Shown: in pieces, positions 1 to 9,595 of the stretch | How positions within the stretch are numbered: the stretch's first letter is position 1 | Layout of the letters: each line of letters starts with the position of its first letter | IMG/VR virus record: IMGVR_UViG_3300031823_000001 | Span: 97,741 to 161,740 of that record | DNA length: 64,000 bases | DNA from: a virus | Reading direction: 5' to 3' (one strand) | Notes under the pieces: model-generated | The model's input: only the letters and a program-made list of their open reading frames with translations | Told to the model about the DNA's origin: nothing | Databases searched by the model: none | Program-made: the position numbers and the translations under genes

Positions 1-1296
1 GGCACCCAGTCCACCGCTGTCGGCAACGACTCGGCCGCCGCCGGGAACCAGGGGGCCGCCTTCGGCGACTCGTCGTCTGCCGGGGGAGCTTCGTCCCTGG
101 CGGCCGGCCAGGCCGCCTCCGCCTCCGGGTCTTCTTCCACGGCAGTCGGCCAGCAGGCGGTCGTCGCCGGCAGCTCGTCTGTCGCCGTCGGCCAGCGGTC
201 GGCCGCCTCCGGCCAGCAGGCGACCGCCCTGGGCACCGCCGCGAGCGCGGCGGCGAACAACTCCGTCGCCGTCGGCGGCAGCGCCACCGCCGGAGGGACC
301 GGCGCGGTCGCCCTTGGGCAGGGAGCCAGCGCCTCAGGGACCAACTCCGTCGCGATCGGCCAGGGGGCCAGCGCCAGCGGGAACAACCAGGTCGTGCTCG
401 GGGGCGCCTCCTCCGAGGTCGTGATCCCGGGCACCCTGTCGGCGCCGGGCGCCATCGCGTTCTACGGGATCTTCGGCAGCGGATCGGGCGGAGCCGTCAC
501 CCTGGACGGCACAACCTCCTACTCCGGGCTGACCCTCGCCGGGTCCGTGTACACGATGACCGAGGTCTTCCTGGAGGCCGCGCCGTCGTCCCTGACGGTC
601 AACTCCGGGGTGACCCTCAACACCGCCGGGCTGCCCCTCCAGGTCAACGGGCCGCTGGTCAACAACGGGACGATCTCCAACAACGGCGGCCCGGCGTCGG
701 GCTCTTCGGCGGGCGCGCTCGCCGGGAAACTGCTGTACGGGGCGTTCACCGGGGCGGCGGCAGGTACCGGGGCGGGCGCGGCAGCCGGGGCCTCGCCGGC
801 CACTGCGGCCGGCGCGGGCGGCAACGGCGGCAGCAGCCCGGCCGAGGGATCGGGCGGCAGCGGCGGGACGGTGACGTCCTCCTCGGGCACCGTCCCCTGG
901 CGCAGTCCTTACGCTGTCCTTACGGGTATAGCCGCCCTCGCCGGTCTCGCCGCCGCGCTTTGCGGCGGGGCCGGGGGAGGGTCGGGGTCCGGTGACGGGG
1001 CTAACCCGGGCGGGGCCGGAGGGGCAGGCGGCGGCGTTGTCGCCGTCTTCGCGCGATCTGTCGTCAACAACGGCGTGATCTCGGCAAACGGGGGTGCCGG
1101 GGCCACCCCGATCGCCGGGAACTGCGGCGGCGGCGGAGGAGGCGGCGGCGGGACCGTGGTCACCGTCACGGTCACTCCGGTCAGCGGCGGCGGGTCGGCC
1201 ACCGCGTCGGCGGGTACCGCCGGAGGCGGCCACGGGACGGGATCGGCAGGGACAAACGGATCTTCCGGGCAGGTTATCCAGCAGCTTGCGGCGTGA
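1..1296 (+). CDS. 5'-truncated tail-fibre/adhesin-like protein: YadA-head (Hep/Hag) repeats followed by a Gly-rich domain
   Basis: Frame 1 is open from base 1. About nine 14-residue repeats (STAVG, SVAVG, ATALG, SVAIG) precede a Gly-rich C-terminus. Confidence 0.75.
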   Translation, partial: GTQSTAVGNDSAAAGNQGAAFGDSSSAGGASSLAAGQAASASGSSSTAVGQQAVVAGSSSVAVGQRSAASGQQATALGTAASAAANNSVAVGGSATAGGTGAVALGQGASASGTNSVAIGQGASASGNNQVVLGGASSEVVIPGTLSAPGAIAFYGIFGSGSGGAVTLDGTTSYSGLTLAGSVYTMTEVFLEAAPSSLTVNSGVTLNTAGLPLQVNGPLVNNGTISNNGGPASGSSAGALAGKLLYGAFTGAAAGTGAGAAAGASPATAAGAGGNGGSSPAEGSGGSGGTVTSSSGTVPWRSPYAVLTGIAALAGLAAALCGGAGGGSGSGDGANPGGAGGAGGGVVAVFARSVVNNGVISANGGAGATPIAGNCGGGGGGGGGTVVTVTVTPVSGGGSATASAGTAGGGHGTGSAGTNGSSGQVIQQLAA

Positions 1297-1359
1297 CGCA
1301 ACTGGATTTCTTGCACGTGCGCCCTGTATTGTCTGTTCCGAGGAATCGCGCAAGCGCTG

Positions 1360-1399
1360 AAGAGCCCCCTCAGGCGACCAGAGGGGGCTCTTGCTTTTT
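1360..1399. terminator. Intrinsic terminator between convergent genes
   Basis: AAGAGCCCCCTC / GAGGGGGCTCTT 12-bp stem followed by GCTTTTT. Confidence 0.85.
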
Positions 1400-1406
1400 G
1401 CGGTGA

Positions 1407-3440
1407 CTAGCGGGACTTGCCGAGGAAATCGGCTGCCTCCTTCGGGTCGGTGGTGCGGGTCGCCGGCGGGAGCGCCTCCATGATCCGGCGGCCGTAGGCC
1501 TTGCTGTTCAGCCGGGGGTCCAGGATGGCGACTACGCCCTTGTCCTCTACGTGGCGGATCAGGCGGCCGAACGCCTGGGTGAGGACCAGGGTCATCTCCG
1601 GGACGGCCAGGTGGTCGAAGCCGGCCCGCTCGCTGTGGTAGCGCCGGACCAGCACCTCCTCGCGTGCCTTGTGCACCAGGTCGGTCGGCGGGGTGAACGG
1701 GAGCTTGTCGAGGACCACCAGCCGCAGCGCGCTGCCCTGGATGTCCACGCCCTCGAAGAACGTGCGGAGGGCGAACAGGACCGCGTGCCCGTCCTCCTTC
1801 ATGAGGCGGACCAGCTCGCCGGGCGTGGAGTCGCCCTGCTTCATGACCAGCAGCCCCTGGTCGCGGAAGTCGTCGGCGAGCACCTGGTAGGCCTCGTTCA
1901 TCGCGTTCCTTGAGGTGAATAGCAGCAGCGCCCCGCCGCCGGACGCGTTGACCAGGTACTTAGTCGCTCCCTGCGAGTAGGCCCGCCACGCGACCATCGT
2001 CTTCTGGAGCGGCTCCGGCTTGCCCTTCTCCGGGGTGAACAGCACCGCCTGGGCGGGGTAGTCGAACGGCGATCCGGCGTCGAACTCCCGGGCCTCGCCC
2101 TTGTCCAGGCCCACGGTCTCCTCCATGAAGGAGAAGCTCTTCCCTGTGGCGAGGGTGGCAGACATCAGGACGGTGGGGATGGAGTCCCACAGCACCTTGC
2201 GCAGGAACGGGCCGACATCGACGGGGGCGGAGCACAGGAGGACGCGCTCGCGGCGCTCCCCCCGGAATGTCTTGATCTCCAGCTCGGCCCAGCGCACCGT
2301 CTCGCCCTCAGGGCTGGTGGTGTAGGCCCGGATGCGGTCCAGCATGTTCGCCGAGCGGCGCAGCATCCGGGTCTTGGCCGTCTTCTGGCGGTCGTCGAAG
2401 GGGCGCTTGGAGCCGACCTCCTCCCGCGCCGCCCAGATAGCCTGGGAGAGGGCGATGAAGTAGGGGCCGAGGTCATCGATCAGCATCTTCTGCGACAGGG
2501 CCATCGGGTCGGCCTGTCCCCGGTTCTTGTCCTTGACCCAGGTGCGGTAGGCGACAGTGAGGTGGTTCCACAGGGAGTCGGCGGCCTGCTTGACCTCTAG
2601 GGCCAGGGCGTGCTCCAGGTTCTCGCGCTGCATGTACGCGCCCATGTCCTTAGCCAGGTTGACGAGGCTGCCCTGGCCGATCGTGTCCTCGATCGCGCTC
2701 CGGGTGACCTCGGGGAGGGTGTGCCCTTCGTCGATGACGACGCGACCGATCTCGCCGAGGAGCTGCACGTTGCCCTCGGAGATGTCGCGGAGGGCGAGGT
2801 CCCGCAGGAGGTAGGCGGTGTTGGTGATCACGATGTTCGCGTCGGCGGCCTTCGCCTTCGCGCGCTCGGCGATGCAGACGTCCCCGAACGGGCAGTTCTT
2901 CTTGCCCGGGCACTCGTCGCTGGAGATGGAGAACGGCCGCCATTCCTCGTCGGGCAGAAGCGGGAAGTCCTCCCGGTCGGTGACGCGCAGTTCCCGGACG
3001 GCCTCGGGGGTGCTCAGCTCCTGCACCCGCGCGATGACTTCAGCCTGGCGCGTGGTGGGGGCGGTGACCTGCTCCATCTGGAGGTGGCACGGGTAGTTGG
3101 CCCGGCCCTTGATGACGGCCCAGGTGAAGGGGACCCCCAGGTACTTCTCCAGGAACGGCAGGTCCTTGCCCGCGTACTGTGACTGGAGTGCCTTGGTGGC
3201 CGTGGCGACGATGGTGCGCTCACCTGAGAGGATGTGGGCGATCAGGGCGGCGAGGGACTTGCCGGTGCCGGTGCCCGCCTGGCAGAGCCCGTGGCCGCCG
3301 TCCGCGATGACCGTCTCGATCTCGGCGGCGAGGGCCTCCTGGTGCGCCCGGCAGGTGTACCCGGGCAGGTTCGCGGCGAGGACCTCCTGGGCCTCGGCGA
3401 ACGTCGTGGGGACCTTCACGGTCTCGGTCGTCTCCGTCAT
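1407..3440 (-). CDS. dinG: DinG/YoaA-family SF2 helicase with Fe-S cysteines
   Basis: AGTGTGKS, KGRANYPC, CPGKKNCPFGDVC, DEGH, MSATL, FFEGVD, KLPF, QAFGRLIR motifs; AGGAGG RBS before ATG at 3440. Confidence 0.9.
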   Translation of the reverse strand: MTETTETVKVPTTFAEAQEVLAANLPGYTCRAHQEALAAEIETVIADGGHGLCQAGTGTGKSLAALIAHILSGERTIVATATKALQSQYAGKDLPFLEKYLGVPFTWAVIKGRANYPCHLQMEQVTAPTTRQAEVIARVQELSTPEAVRELRVTDREDFPLLPDEEWRPFSISSDECPGKKNCPFGDVCIAERAKAKAADANIVITNTAYLLRDLALRDISEGNVQLLGEIGRVVIDEGHTLPEVTRSAIEDTIGQGSLVNLAKDMGAYMQRENLEHALALEVKQAADSLWNHLTVAYRTWVKDKNRGQADPMALSQKMLIDDLGPYFIALSQAIWAAREEVGSKRPFDDRQKTAKTRMLRRSANMLDRIRAYTTSPEGETVRWAELEIKTFRGERRERVLLCSAPVDVGPFLRKVLWDSIPTVLMSATLATGKSFSFMEETVGLDKGEAREFDAGSPFDYPAQAVLFTPEKGKPEPLQKTMVAWRAYSQGATKYLVNASGGGALLLFTSRNAMNEAYQVLADDFRDQGLLVMKQGDSTPGELVRLMKEDGHAVLFALRTFFEGVDIQGSALRLVVLDKLPFTPPTDLVHKAREEVLVRRYHSERAGFDHLAVPEMTLVLTQAFGRLIRHVEDKGVVAILDPRLNSKAYGRRIMEALPPATRTTDPKEAADFLGKSR

Positions 3441-3488
3441 GATCTTCCTCCTGGCTCTCAGGGACACCCCCGGAAGGGCTACAGCCCT

Positions 3489-3518
3489 ATCCTATTATCA
3501 AGAAGTCCTGTATTACAA
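3489..3518 (-). promoter_or_regulatory. Conserved promoter/operator motif upstream of dinG
   Basis: TTGTAA-N18-TAGGAT containing AATACAGGACTTCTTGATAA. Confidence 0.7.
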
Positions 3519-3554
3519 CCAGTATATCGGGGCACAGTCCGGTATTCTCGGAAT

Positions 3555-5141
3555 ATGCCTGCACAGGGAGAGCCGCACCCGGAGTGGCCCCCGGGCATCC
3601 TTTTCAAGCCCACCTACGACATCGACTGGCAGTACGACTTCATCGCCAAGATGTTCCTCATGGGGCGCGCCGTGGTCGCCGCCGATATGGGGCTCGGCAA
3701 GTCGGTGATGGCGCTCGGCGCCGCCGCAGTCGCGTTCGAGTACGAGCAGACAGACCTCGTGCTGGTCGTGTGCGAGAAGAACAAGCTGTCGGAGTGGGTG
3801 CGGGACCTCGGCCGGTTCACCCGGCTGTCGGCCGCTCTCTACTACGGGCCGAGGCCGAGGCGCAGGAAGCTCCTCGACGGGGAACTCCCGCAGGTCCTGG
3901 TCACCACCTACGAGACGGCCCGGACCGACAGCGCGGTCTTCCCGCCAAAAAAGAGCCGCTCCCGGACGCTCACCCCTGGCCCGCTGCTGGAGGCCATGGC
4001 GGGCAAGCGGGTCATGCTGGTCTACGACGAAGTGACCAAGATCGGCCACGGCCGGTCCTCCAACCTCTACAAGGCCCACAAGTGGCTGGAGGAGCAGCTC
4101 CGCGCGGCCTGCAAAGAGACTCGCGTCCTCGGCCTGACGGGCACCCCCATGGATACCGACCTCGACGGGGTGCTCAACGAGATGCGGGTGGTGGTGCCGC
4201 GCGCCATGCCGACGATCAAGGAGTACGAGGAGCGGGTAGTGCGCAGCCGGGACATCTACGGCCGCCCTCTGTACCGGCCCGAGGGGAAGGAGTGGTTCCG
4301 GGCGCGGTGCGAGCCCCACATCCTGCGCAAGCGCAAGAGCGACCCTGACGTCCGCGAGCAGTTCCCGCCGCTGCTGGAAGAATTCCGCCGCCTCCAGATG
4401 CACGACGACCAGTACAGGCTCTACCGGATGCTGGAGGACCTGGCCTGGGACGAGAAGGGGAGCAAGCTCGACGCCCCCGCCGGGCTCCAGCTCGCCCTGC
4501 GCCTGGTAGCCGGGGACCCGCTCGCCCTCCTGGAAGCGGCCCGCAACGGGGAGTCGGAGTTCCTGGCGATGCTCGCCGAGGAGCTGGGGGAGGACCTGGA
4601 GCGGTGCTCGTCGGCCAAGGCTGAGGAGCTGGTCTCGATGTCTGACATCGTGACGTCCGGCGGCGGAAAGCTGATGGTCTTCACCTGGTTCGCGCACACC
4701 GTGATGCCCGTGTTGCAGCGCAGGCTCGGCGACCGCCAGGTGTTCACCTACCACGGCGGCATGACGTCGGCTGAGCAGGACCGCCAGCTCGCCCTGTTCG
4801 AGGCCTGCGGGGGCGGCGCCGTCCTGCTGGCCAGCGACGCCGCGAAGCGGGGCATCAACGTCCCCTTCGTGGACGTCATCGCCGAGTACGAGCCGGCCTC
4901 CAAGCATTCCGACCGGGTGCAGCGCGCCAACCGGGGCCACCGGCTGGGGAGAGTCAACCCGCTGACCTTCGTCACCTTCGTCCTCGAATCGACGATCGAG
5001 TCCACCTCCAGCATCAGCAGCGTCCTGGGGCGCAACGCCGACCAGGACTTCCTGCTGCGCGACGACGAGGCCGATGGCTACACTACGGCCGACGACCGGC
5101 GCGAGCTGTACGCGCAGGCGCGGCCGAGGAAGGCGGGTTAA
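3555..5141 (+). CDS. SNF2-family helicase/ATPase, probably leaderless
   Basis: DMGLGKS, VTTYE, YDEV, GLTGTP, GINV, QRANRGHRLG motifs; TATTCT -10 six nt before ATG 3555. Confidence 0.85.
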   Translation: MPAQGEPHPEWPPGILFKPTYDIDWQYDFIAKMFLMGRAVVAADMGLGKSVMALGAAAVAFEYEQTDLVLVVCEKNKLSEWVRDLGRFTRLSAALYYGPRPRRRKLLDGELPQVLVTTYETARTDSAVFPPKKSRSRTLTPGPLLEAMAGKRVMLVYDEVTKIGHGRSSNLYKAHKWLEEQLRAACKETRVLGLTGTPMDTDLDGVLNEMRVVVPRAMPTIKEYEERVVRSRDIYGRPLYRPEGKEWFRARCEPHILRKRKSDPDVREQFPPLLEEFRRLQMHDDQYRLYRMLEDLAWDEKGSKLDAPAGLQLALRLVAGDPLALLEAARNGESEFLAMLAEELGEDLERCSSAKAEELVSMSDIVTSGGGKLMVFTWFAHTVMPVLQRRLGDRQVFTYHGGMTSAEQDRQLALFEACGGGAVLLASDAAKRGINVPFVDVIAEYEPASKHSDRVQRANRGHRLGRVNPLTFVTFVLESTIESTSSISSVLGRNADQDFLLRDDEADGYTTADDRRELYAQARPRKAG

Positions 5142-5142
5142 C

Positions 5143-5487
5143 GTGCGGCGGACGTCCGACATCGTGGCACAGATGGTCAAGCAGGCCATAGGCGACCTGG
5201 ACATCCTCGCGGTTGACCGCGATGCCGTCGAGTGGGAGGTCATCCCGTTCGTGAACCCCGGCGCCTCTGTCTGCTGGCTGCTCGGCATCGGCCTGCCTGT
5301 CCCGGCAGTCGGAGACACCATCATGCCGTTCGTCCGGCTGTCCGATCCGCACAGCCGGGAGGAGGTCGCCCGGACCGTCCAGGCCCTCTACCGCACCGTG
5401 GCCATGCAGGTCCTCGGCGTCTCCGGTGACGCGACGAAGGCCGCCGAGGAACTCCGCACCTCTCCCGGCGGCCTGATCGTGCCGTAA
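5143..5487 (+). CDS. Hypothetical protein
   Basis: GTG immediately after the SNF2 stop; high GC3. Confidence 0.6.
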   Translation: MRRTSDIVAQMVKQAIGDLDILAVDRDAVEWEVIPFVNPGASVCWLLGIGLPVPAVGDTIMPFVRLSDPHSREEVARTVQALYRTVAMQVLGVSGDATKAAEELRTSPGGLIVP

Positions 5488-5505
5488 CCGCGCCCCGGAA
5501 GGGGT

Positions 5506-6498
5506 GTGACCGGAACTACCTCTTTCCTCGTTGACTGCTCTTCGTACCAGGGTGTCCCCGCCTGGGCGAAGGCCGCCGCCGTGTGCGCCGGCGGGGCAGA
5601 GAAGGTCACTGAGGGCACCGGCTATACGAACCCCGACTGGAACGCGTCGAAGACCGCGCTCCAGCAACTGGCCGCGCACGGGTTCGTGCCGCTGGCCTAC
5701 CTGTTCCTCGACGCCGGGCCCGGTGCCGCGCAGGCGCAGTACTTCGCGAGCAAGGCCGGGAGCCTCACGGGCTGGGGCATCGCGATCGACCTGGAGCGCT
5801 CCTCCGGCAGCCCCACTGTCGCCCAGGCTCAGGACTGCGCCGCCGAGCTGCGCAAGCTCTACCCGGCCCACCCGATAGGCGGGTACGCGCCGCACTGGTA
5901 CACGGGCGGAGCGAACCTGTCGTTCTGCGACTGGCTGTGGGCCAGCGAGTACGTGAACGGGTCGGGCGACCCGGGCGTGCTCTACAAGTCGGTCCCGGCC
6001 ACCTGGTGGGCGCCGTACGGCGGCAAGGCACCGCTGCTTCTCCAGTTCACCTCCTCAGCGACCGTCGCCGGGATCAGCGGCCCGGTTGACTGCTCCGCGT
6101 TCGCCGGGACCGGAGCGCAGCTCGCCTCGCACGTCCTGCCGGAGCCGGCCGCCCCGCCGAAGCCGGCTGCTCCCCCCGCACCCAAGGAGGCGGCCGTGTC
6201 CGACCCGGGCGTCCTGTTCCAGCTCAACCACGACAGCCTGCCGCTCGACGTCCCAGTCGCCGGGGCGCTCCCGTCGCAGGACTTCCGGATGGTGGTCACC
6301 GGGGACACCGGGGCGGTGACGACGGCGACCGCCTGGTTCACCGACGGGTCAGCCGCCCAGCAGCTCTCCTTCGCCCTCCATAACGGCCAGTCGGCCAGCG
6401 TCGTCTTCCGCCGGCCGTGGAGCGGGGTGAGCACCGTCAGGTTCCAGCGGCAGGACACCAAGACCGCTCTCTCCGCGTCCGTCTTCATCCGCTTCTAA
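5506..6498 (+). CDS. Endolysin: GH25 muramidase plus C-terminal domain
   Basis: VDCSSYQG, KVTEG, AIDLE, LWASEY, LQFTS, VDCSAF match the GH25 pattern; Pro/Ala linker. Confidence 0.8.
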   Translation: MTGTTSFLVDCSSYQGVPAWAKAAAVCAGGAEKVTEGTGYTNPDWNASKTALQQLAAHGFVPLAYLFLDAGPGAAQAQYFASKAGSLTGWGIAIDLERSSGSPTVAQAQDCAAELRKLYPAHPIGGYAPHWYTGGANLSFCDWLWASEYVNGSGDPGVLYKSVPATWWAPYGGKAPLLLQFTSSATVAGISGPVDCSAFAGTGAQLASHVLPEPAAPPKPAAPPAPKEAAVSDPGVLFQLNHDSLPLDVPVAGALPSQDFRMVVTGDTGAVTTATAWFTDGSAAQQLSFALHNGQSASVVFRRPWSGVSTVRFQRQDTKTALSASVFIRF

Positions 6499-6528
6499 GC
6501 CCCAGAAGGATCAGGAGGGAGTCATCCC

Positions 6529-6735
6529 ATGTCAGTACAGCCTGCCGGGCCCGTCCGGGCCCTGCGCGAGTGCGACGAGTGCCACGGCATCGACGACCTG
6601 GGCCATCACCAGGTGGTGGTGCCCGGGGAGGACGGCAGCCTGGTGGTCGCCAGCCGTCACTTCGCGTGCTGTGCCGGCAGCGGGTGCCCCGACGGAAGCT
6701 GCAACGCGATCCTTACGGGAGCACCAGGTGTCTAA
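6529..6735 (+). CDS. Small Cys/His-rich protein
   Basis: AGGAGG RBS; CxxC...H...H..CC...C...C. Confidence 0.6.
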   Translation: MSVQPAGPVRALRECDECHGIDDLGHHQVVVPGEDGSLVVASRHFACCAGSGCPDGSCNAILTGAPGV

Positions 6736-7120
6736 CCTCGACCAGACCTTCAGCAACTCGCTGCTCCAGGCCAGCGTGGGAGGCAGCTTCACTGCTCCGA
6801 CCACGCCGATCACCTGCCGCCTGATGACGGCGACCGGGACGAACACCAGCAACGGCACGGAGCTGGCGACCAGCGGCGGCTACACCAGCGGCACCGGGGC
6901 GCCGCAGGTGACGTTCGCCTCGGCGTCGGCGGGCTCGATGGCCTCCAACGTCGCCGTCACCGTCACCAACATGCCGGCCACGACGATCAACGCCGTGGAG
7001 CTGTGGGACTCCGAGGGCAGCCCCAAGCGGCTGTGGTGGGGGCCGCTGACCTCGGCGAAGACCACCAACGCCGGGGACACCTTCACGATCGCGTCGGGGT
7101 CGCTCACCCTGGCCATGTAA
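6728..7120 (+). CDS. Minor tail/virion structural protein
   Basis: Thr/Ser/Gly-rich; GTELATSGGY...VELWD...LWWGPL...GDTFTIASGSL pattern typical of small phage tail-fibre-associated proteins. Confidence 0.6.
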   Translation: MSNLDQTFSNSLLQASVGGSFTAPTTPITCRLMTATGTNTSNGTELATSGGYTSGTGAPQVTFASASAGSMASNVAVTVTNMPATTINAVELWDSEGSPKRLWWGPLTSAKTTNAGDTFTIASGSLTLAM

Positions 7121-7129
7121 GGAGCCGTC

Positions 7130-7408
7130 ATGGCCGAGACCCCCACCAGCCTGTCGTACGCGGGCAACTCCACTGCCTCCGACCTGACGGCCAACGGGAG
7201 CACGGTCACGATCGGCCCGCTGAACGTCACCATGGCGGGCTTCGATCTCACCGGCACCCAGGCGGAGTGCGTCCTCGGGCGCGGCGGCGGATCGGCCGAC
7301 GAGCCGGCCGGGAACACCGCGAGCGGGTCCACCGACTACGGCTTCACCGACACGACCTACACGCTGACGGCGGCGCAGGTCCAGGCCGGGAGCCTTATGG
7401 GAGCGTGA
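7130..7408 (+). CDS. Hypothetical, probably virion protein
   Basis: AAGGAG RBS; Thr/Gly-rich. Confidence 0.6.
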   Translation: MAETPTSLSYAGNSTASDLTANGSTVTIGPLNVTMAGFDLTGTQAECVLGRGGGSADEPAGNTASGSTDYGFTDTTYTLTAAQVQAGSLMGA

Positions 7409-7412
7409 GGCG

Positions 7413-8957
7413 GTGGCCAACTACCGTCTTTTCCCTTCGACGAGCGGCCCGGCGCTTACCAGCTACACGGGCAAGTTCATGGCGGGGGTCGCCTTCCAGG
7501 TCACCGAGGGCGCTACCTGGCTGTCTGGTTTCTGGTGGTGGGTTCCCGCCGGGGGCGATACCGCCGCCCAGGAGTTCTGCCTCTGGCAGCTCACCGCCGG
7601 GCTCGCGGGCATCGTCGTGCCCGCGACCACGGTCACGTCCGGGACGCTGACCGCCGGGGCGTGGAACTACGTCGCGCTCGCTTCCCCGGTGGGGCTTACG
7701 CCGGGAATCCCCTACCTGGCTGAGACCGCGTACACCGCCGCCCACGGCTTCCCTGAGACGCACGGCCAGTTCGGCAGCGGGGACCCGTACTCCGCAGGAA
7801 TCACCAACGGCCCCCTGTCGGCCTACTCGGACGCGTCCGGGTCGAACCCGGCGCCGTCCGGCTGGGTGACCCAGGGGTCTTTCGGCACCGCCTACAGCGT
7901 CCCTACCTCCGGTATCCCCAACCTGGGGTCGGACAGCAGCAGCAACTTCTGGCTGGACGTCCAGGTCACCGACACGCTCCCCGCAGGAGGAAGCTACCGG
8001 CTGTGGCCGTCGCTGCCGCTGCCGCAGGGGATGATCCAGGACTCGGCCGCGAACTTCACCCTGGCGACCGAGTTCGTCCTCTCCGGGTCGTGCTCGCTGG
8101 ACAACATCTGGTTCTACTCCCCCTCCGGCGCGCCTAACCTGCCGACAGAATGCGGCATCCTCGGCCAGACCTCCCAGGCGCTGGTCAGCGGCACGCACGT
8201 CACCTCTCCCTCCTGGTCGGGGGCGGCCGGGTCGGGGTGGGTAGCGCACGCCTACACCGGGGTCACGCTGCCCGCCGGGGCCTACCGGGTCGCGGTGGCC
8301 AACTCCGACGGCACCGCCGGGGCATGGAACGACGCGACCGTCGATTACTTCCTCACCGGGGCCGGGTCGGCGGGACTCACCGCAGGGCCGTTGTCGGCCC
8401 CGCCGAACAGCACGGCGGGCAGCCCCGGCCAGGGGTCCTACAACTCCGGTGCAACCCTGGCGTGGCCCGGCACGTTCGACACCGGCCACGCGCCGTCTTA
8501 CTGGGTGGACGTCGAGGTCACACCTGGAGCCACCATCGACTCCGGGTCAGCCGCCCTGGCCGCGCTGCCGTCACTCGCGGCAGCCGGCACCCGGACAGTC
8601 CTCGCTTCAGCTCACGTCACCGCCGCCTCTTCGCTTTCGGCGCCCGGGACAAGAGCGGTTCCCGCTGCCGCCGCGCTGTCGGCACCGGGGGCGCTGTCGG
8701 CTCACGGCACGCTGTCGGTCCGCGCCGCCGCCTCGGCGGCTGCGCTGGCGCGGCTCTCGGCGGCAGGGGCGGTTCCGGTCACCGCTGGTGCGGCACTGGG
8801 TGCTTCCGCCGTATTGACGTGCTCTTATCTTCCCGCACGAATCGTGATCGCCGCGAATATCATGTTCCCAGATAACCAGTCTGGGATATACGGGGCCAGT
8901 GAGGCTGAGACGACCGTAATAGTCCCTGGCGTGACAGACGGGATTTACAGCTCATGA
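7413..8957 (+). CDS. Tandem DUF4082-like beta-sandwich protein with Ala-rich repeats (putative receptor-binding or minor tail protein)
   Basis: Two repeats starting YRL(F/W)PS and ending N(F)WLDV / YWVDV, followed by LSAxG repeats. Confidence 0.6.
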   Translation: MANYRLFPSTSGPALTSYTGKFMAGVAFQVTEGATWLSGFWWWVPAGGDTAAQEFCLWQLTAGLAGIVVPATTVTSGTLTAGAWNYVALASPVGLTPGIPYLAETAYTAAHGFPETHGQFGSGDPYSAGITNGPLSAYSDASGSNPAPSGWVTQGSFGTAYSVPTSGIPNLGSDSSSNFWLDVQVTDTLPAGGSYRLWPSLPLPQGMIQDSAANFTLATEFVLSGSCSLDNIWFYSPSGAPNLPTECGILGQTSQALVSGTHVTSPSWSGAAGSGWVAHAYTGVTLPAGAYRVAVANSDGTAGAWNDATVDYFLTGAGSAGLTAGPLSAPPNSTAGSPGQGSYNSGATLAWPGTFDTGHAPSYWVDVEVTPGATIDSGSAALAALPSLAAAGTRTVLASAHVTAASSLSAPGTRAVPAAAALSAPGALSAHGTLSVRAAASAAALARLSAAGAVPVTAGAALGASAVLTCSYLPARIVIAANIMFPDNQSGIYGASEAETTVIVPGVTDGIYSS

Positions 8958-9595
8958 GCATGCAGCAGCACTCGGCAGCCACCGCCCTGCTCGCCGACCC
9001 TTCCGTGCGCGCCGACCCGGGACAGTCTTTCAGCACAGTGCAGCGCGGATATCACAAGGGCGAGGTAGACGACTGGGTGCGTTCGGCCCTGTCGGAAATC
9101 GACCGTCTCGGGCGCCAGGTAACCGCATTCCTCAGTCACGAGGCGTCCAGCCCCCAGGGGCAGAAGCTCCTGTCCGAGCTGATGCAGCTCGCCGCCGACG
9201 AGGTGACGGGTCAGCGGGCGGCTGCCGTAGAGGAAATCGAGCAGATGATCGCCGGGGCGCACCAGCAGTCCGACGGGATCATCGCCGACGCCCGCAGGCA
9301 GGCCGAGCAGATCACCGGCAGCGCCACCCAGCAGTCCAGCTCGCTGATCAGCAACGCCCGCGCCGACGCCAAGAAGACCACCGACAAGGCCGAGGCTTAC
9401 GCCGCCGCCGTCCGGGAGGCCGCCGAGGCGCGCCTGACGCAGCTCGTCCGGCTCCACGACGACGGGATCGCCAGGCTCTCGCAGGTCAACGAGGTGACCG
9501 GCAAGATGCTCGCAGCGGAGAGCCAGCGGGGGTCCCTCGCCGACGAGGTGACCAGGGCTCTCGCCCCGATCACCTCTGCCGCCGAGCAGCGCTAG
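8954..9595 (+). CDS. DivIVA/Wag31-like coiled-coil protein
   Basis: FSTVQRGYHKGEVDDWV matches the DivIVA N-terminal signature; A/E/Q-rich coiled coil follows. Confidence 0.7.
   Translation: MSMQQHSAATALLADPSVRADPGQSFSTVQRGYHKGEVDDWVRSALSEIDRLGRQVTAFLSHEASSPQGQKLLSELMQLAADEVTGQRAAAVEEIEQMIAGAHQQSDGIIADARRQAEQITGSATQQSSSLISNARADAKKTTDKAEAYAAAVREAAEARLTQLVRLHDDGIARLSQVNEVTGKMLAAESQRGSLADEVTRALAPITSAAEQR

Noticed and set aside
1297-1399. Small RNA between a TATTGT -10 box and the terminator
   Set aside because: No convincing -35 box and no structure beyond the terminator.
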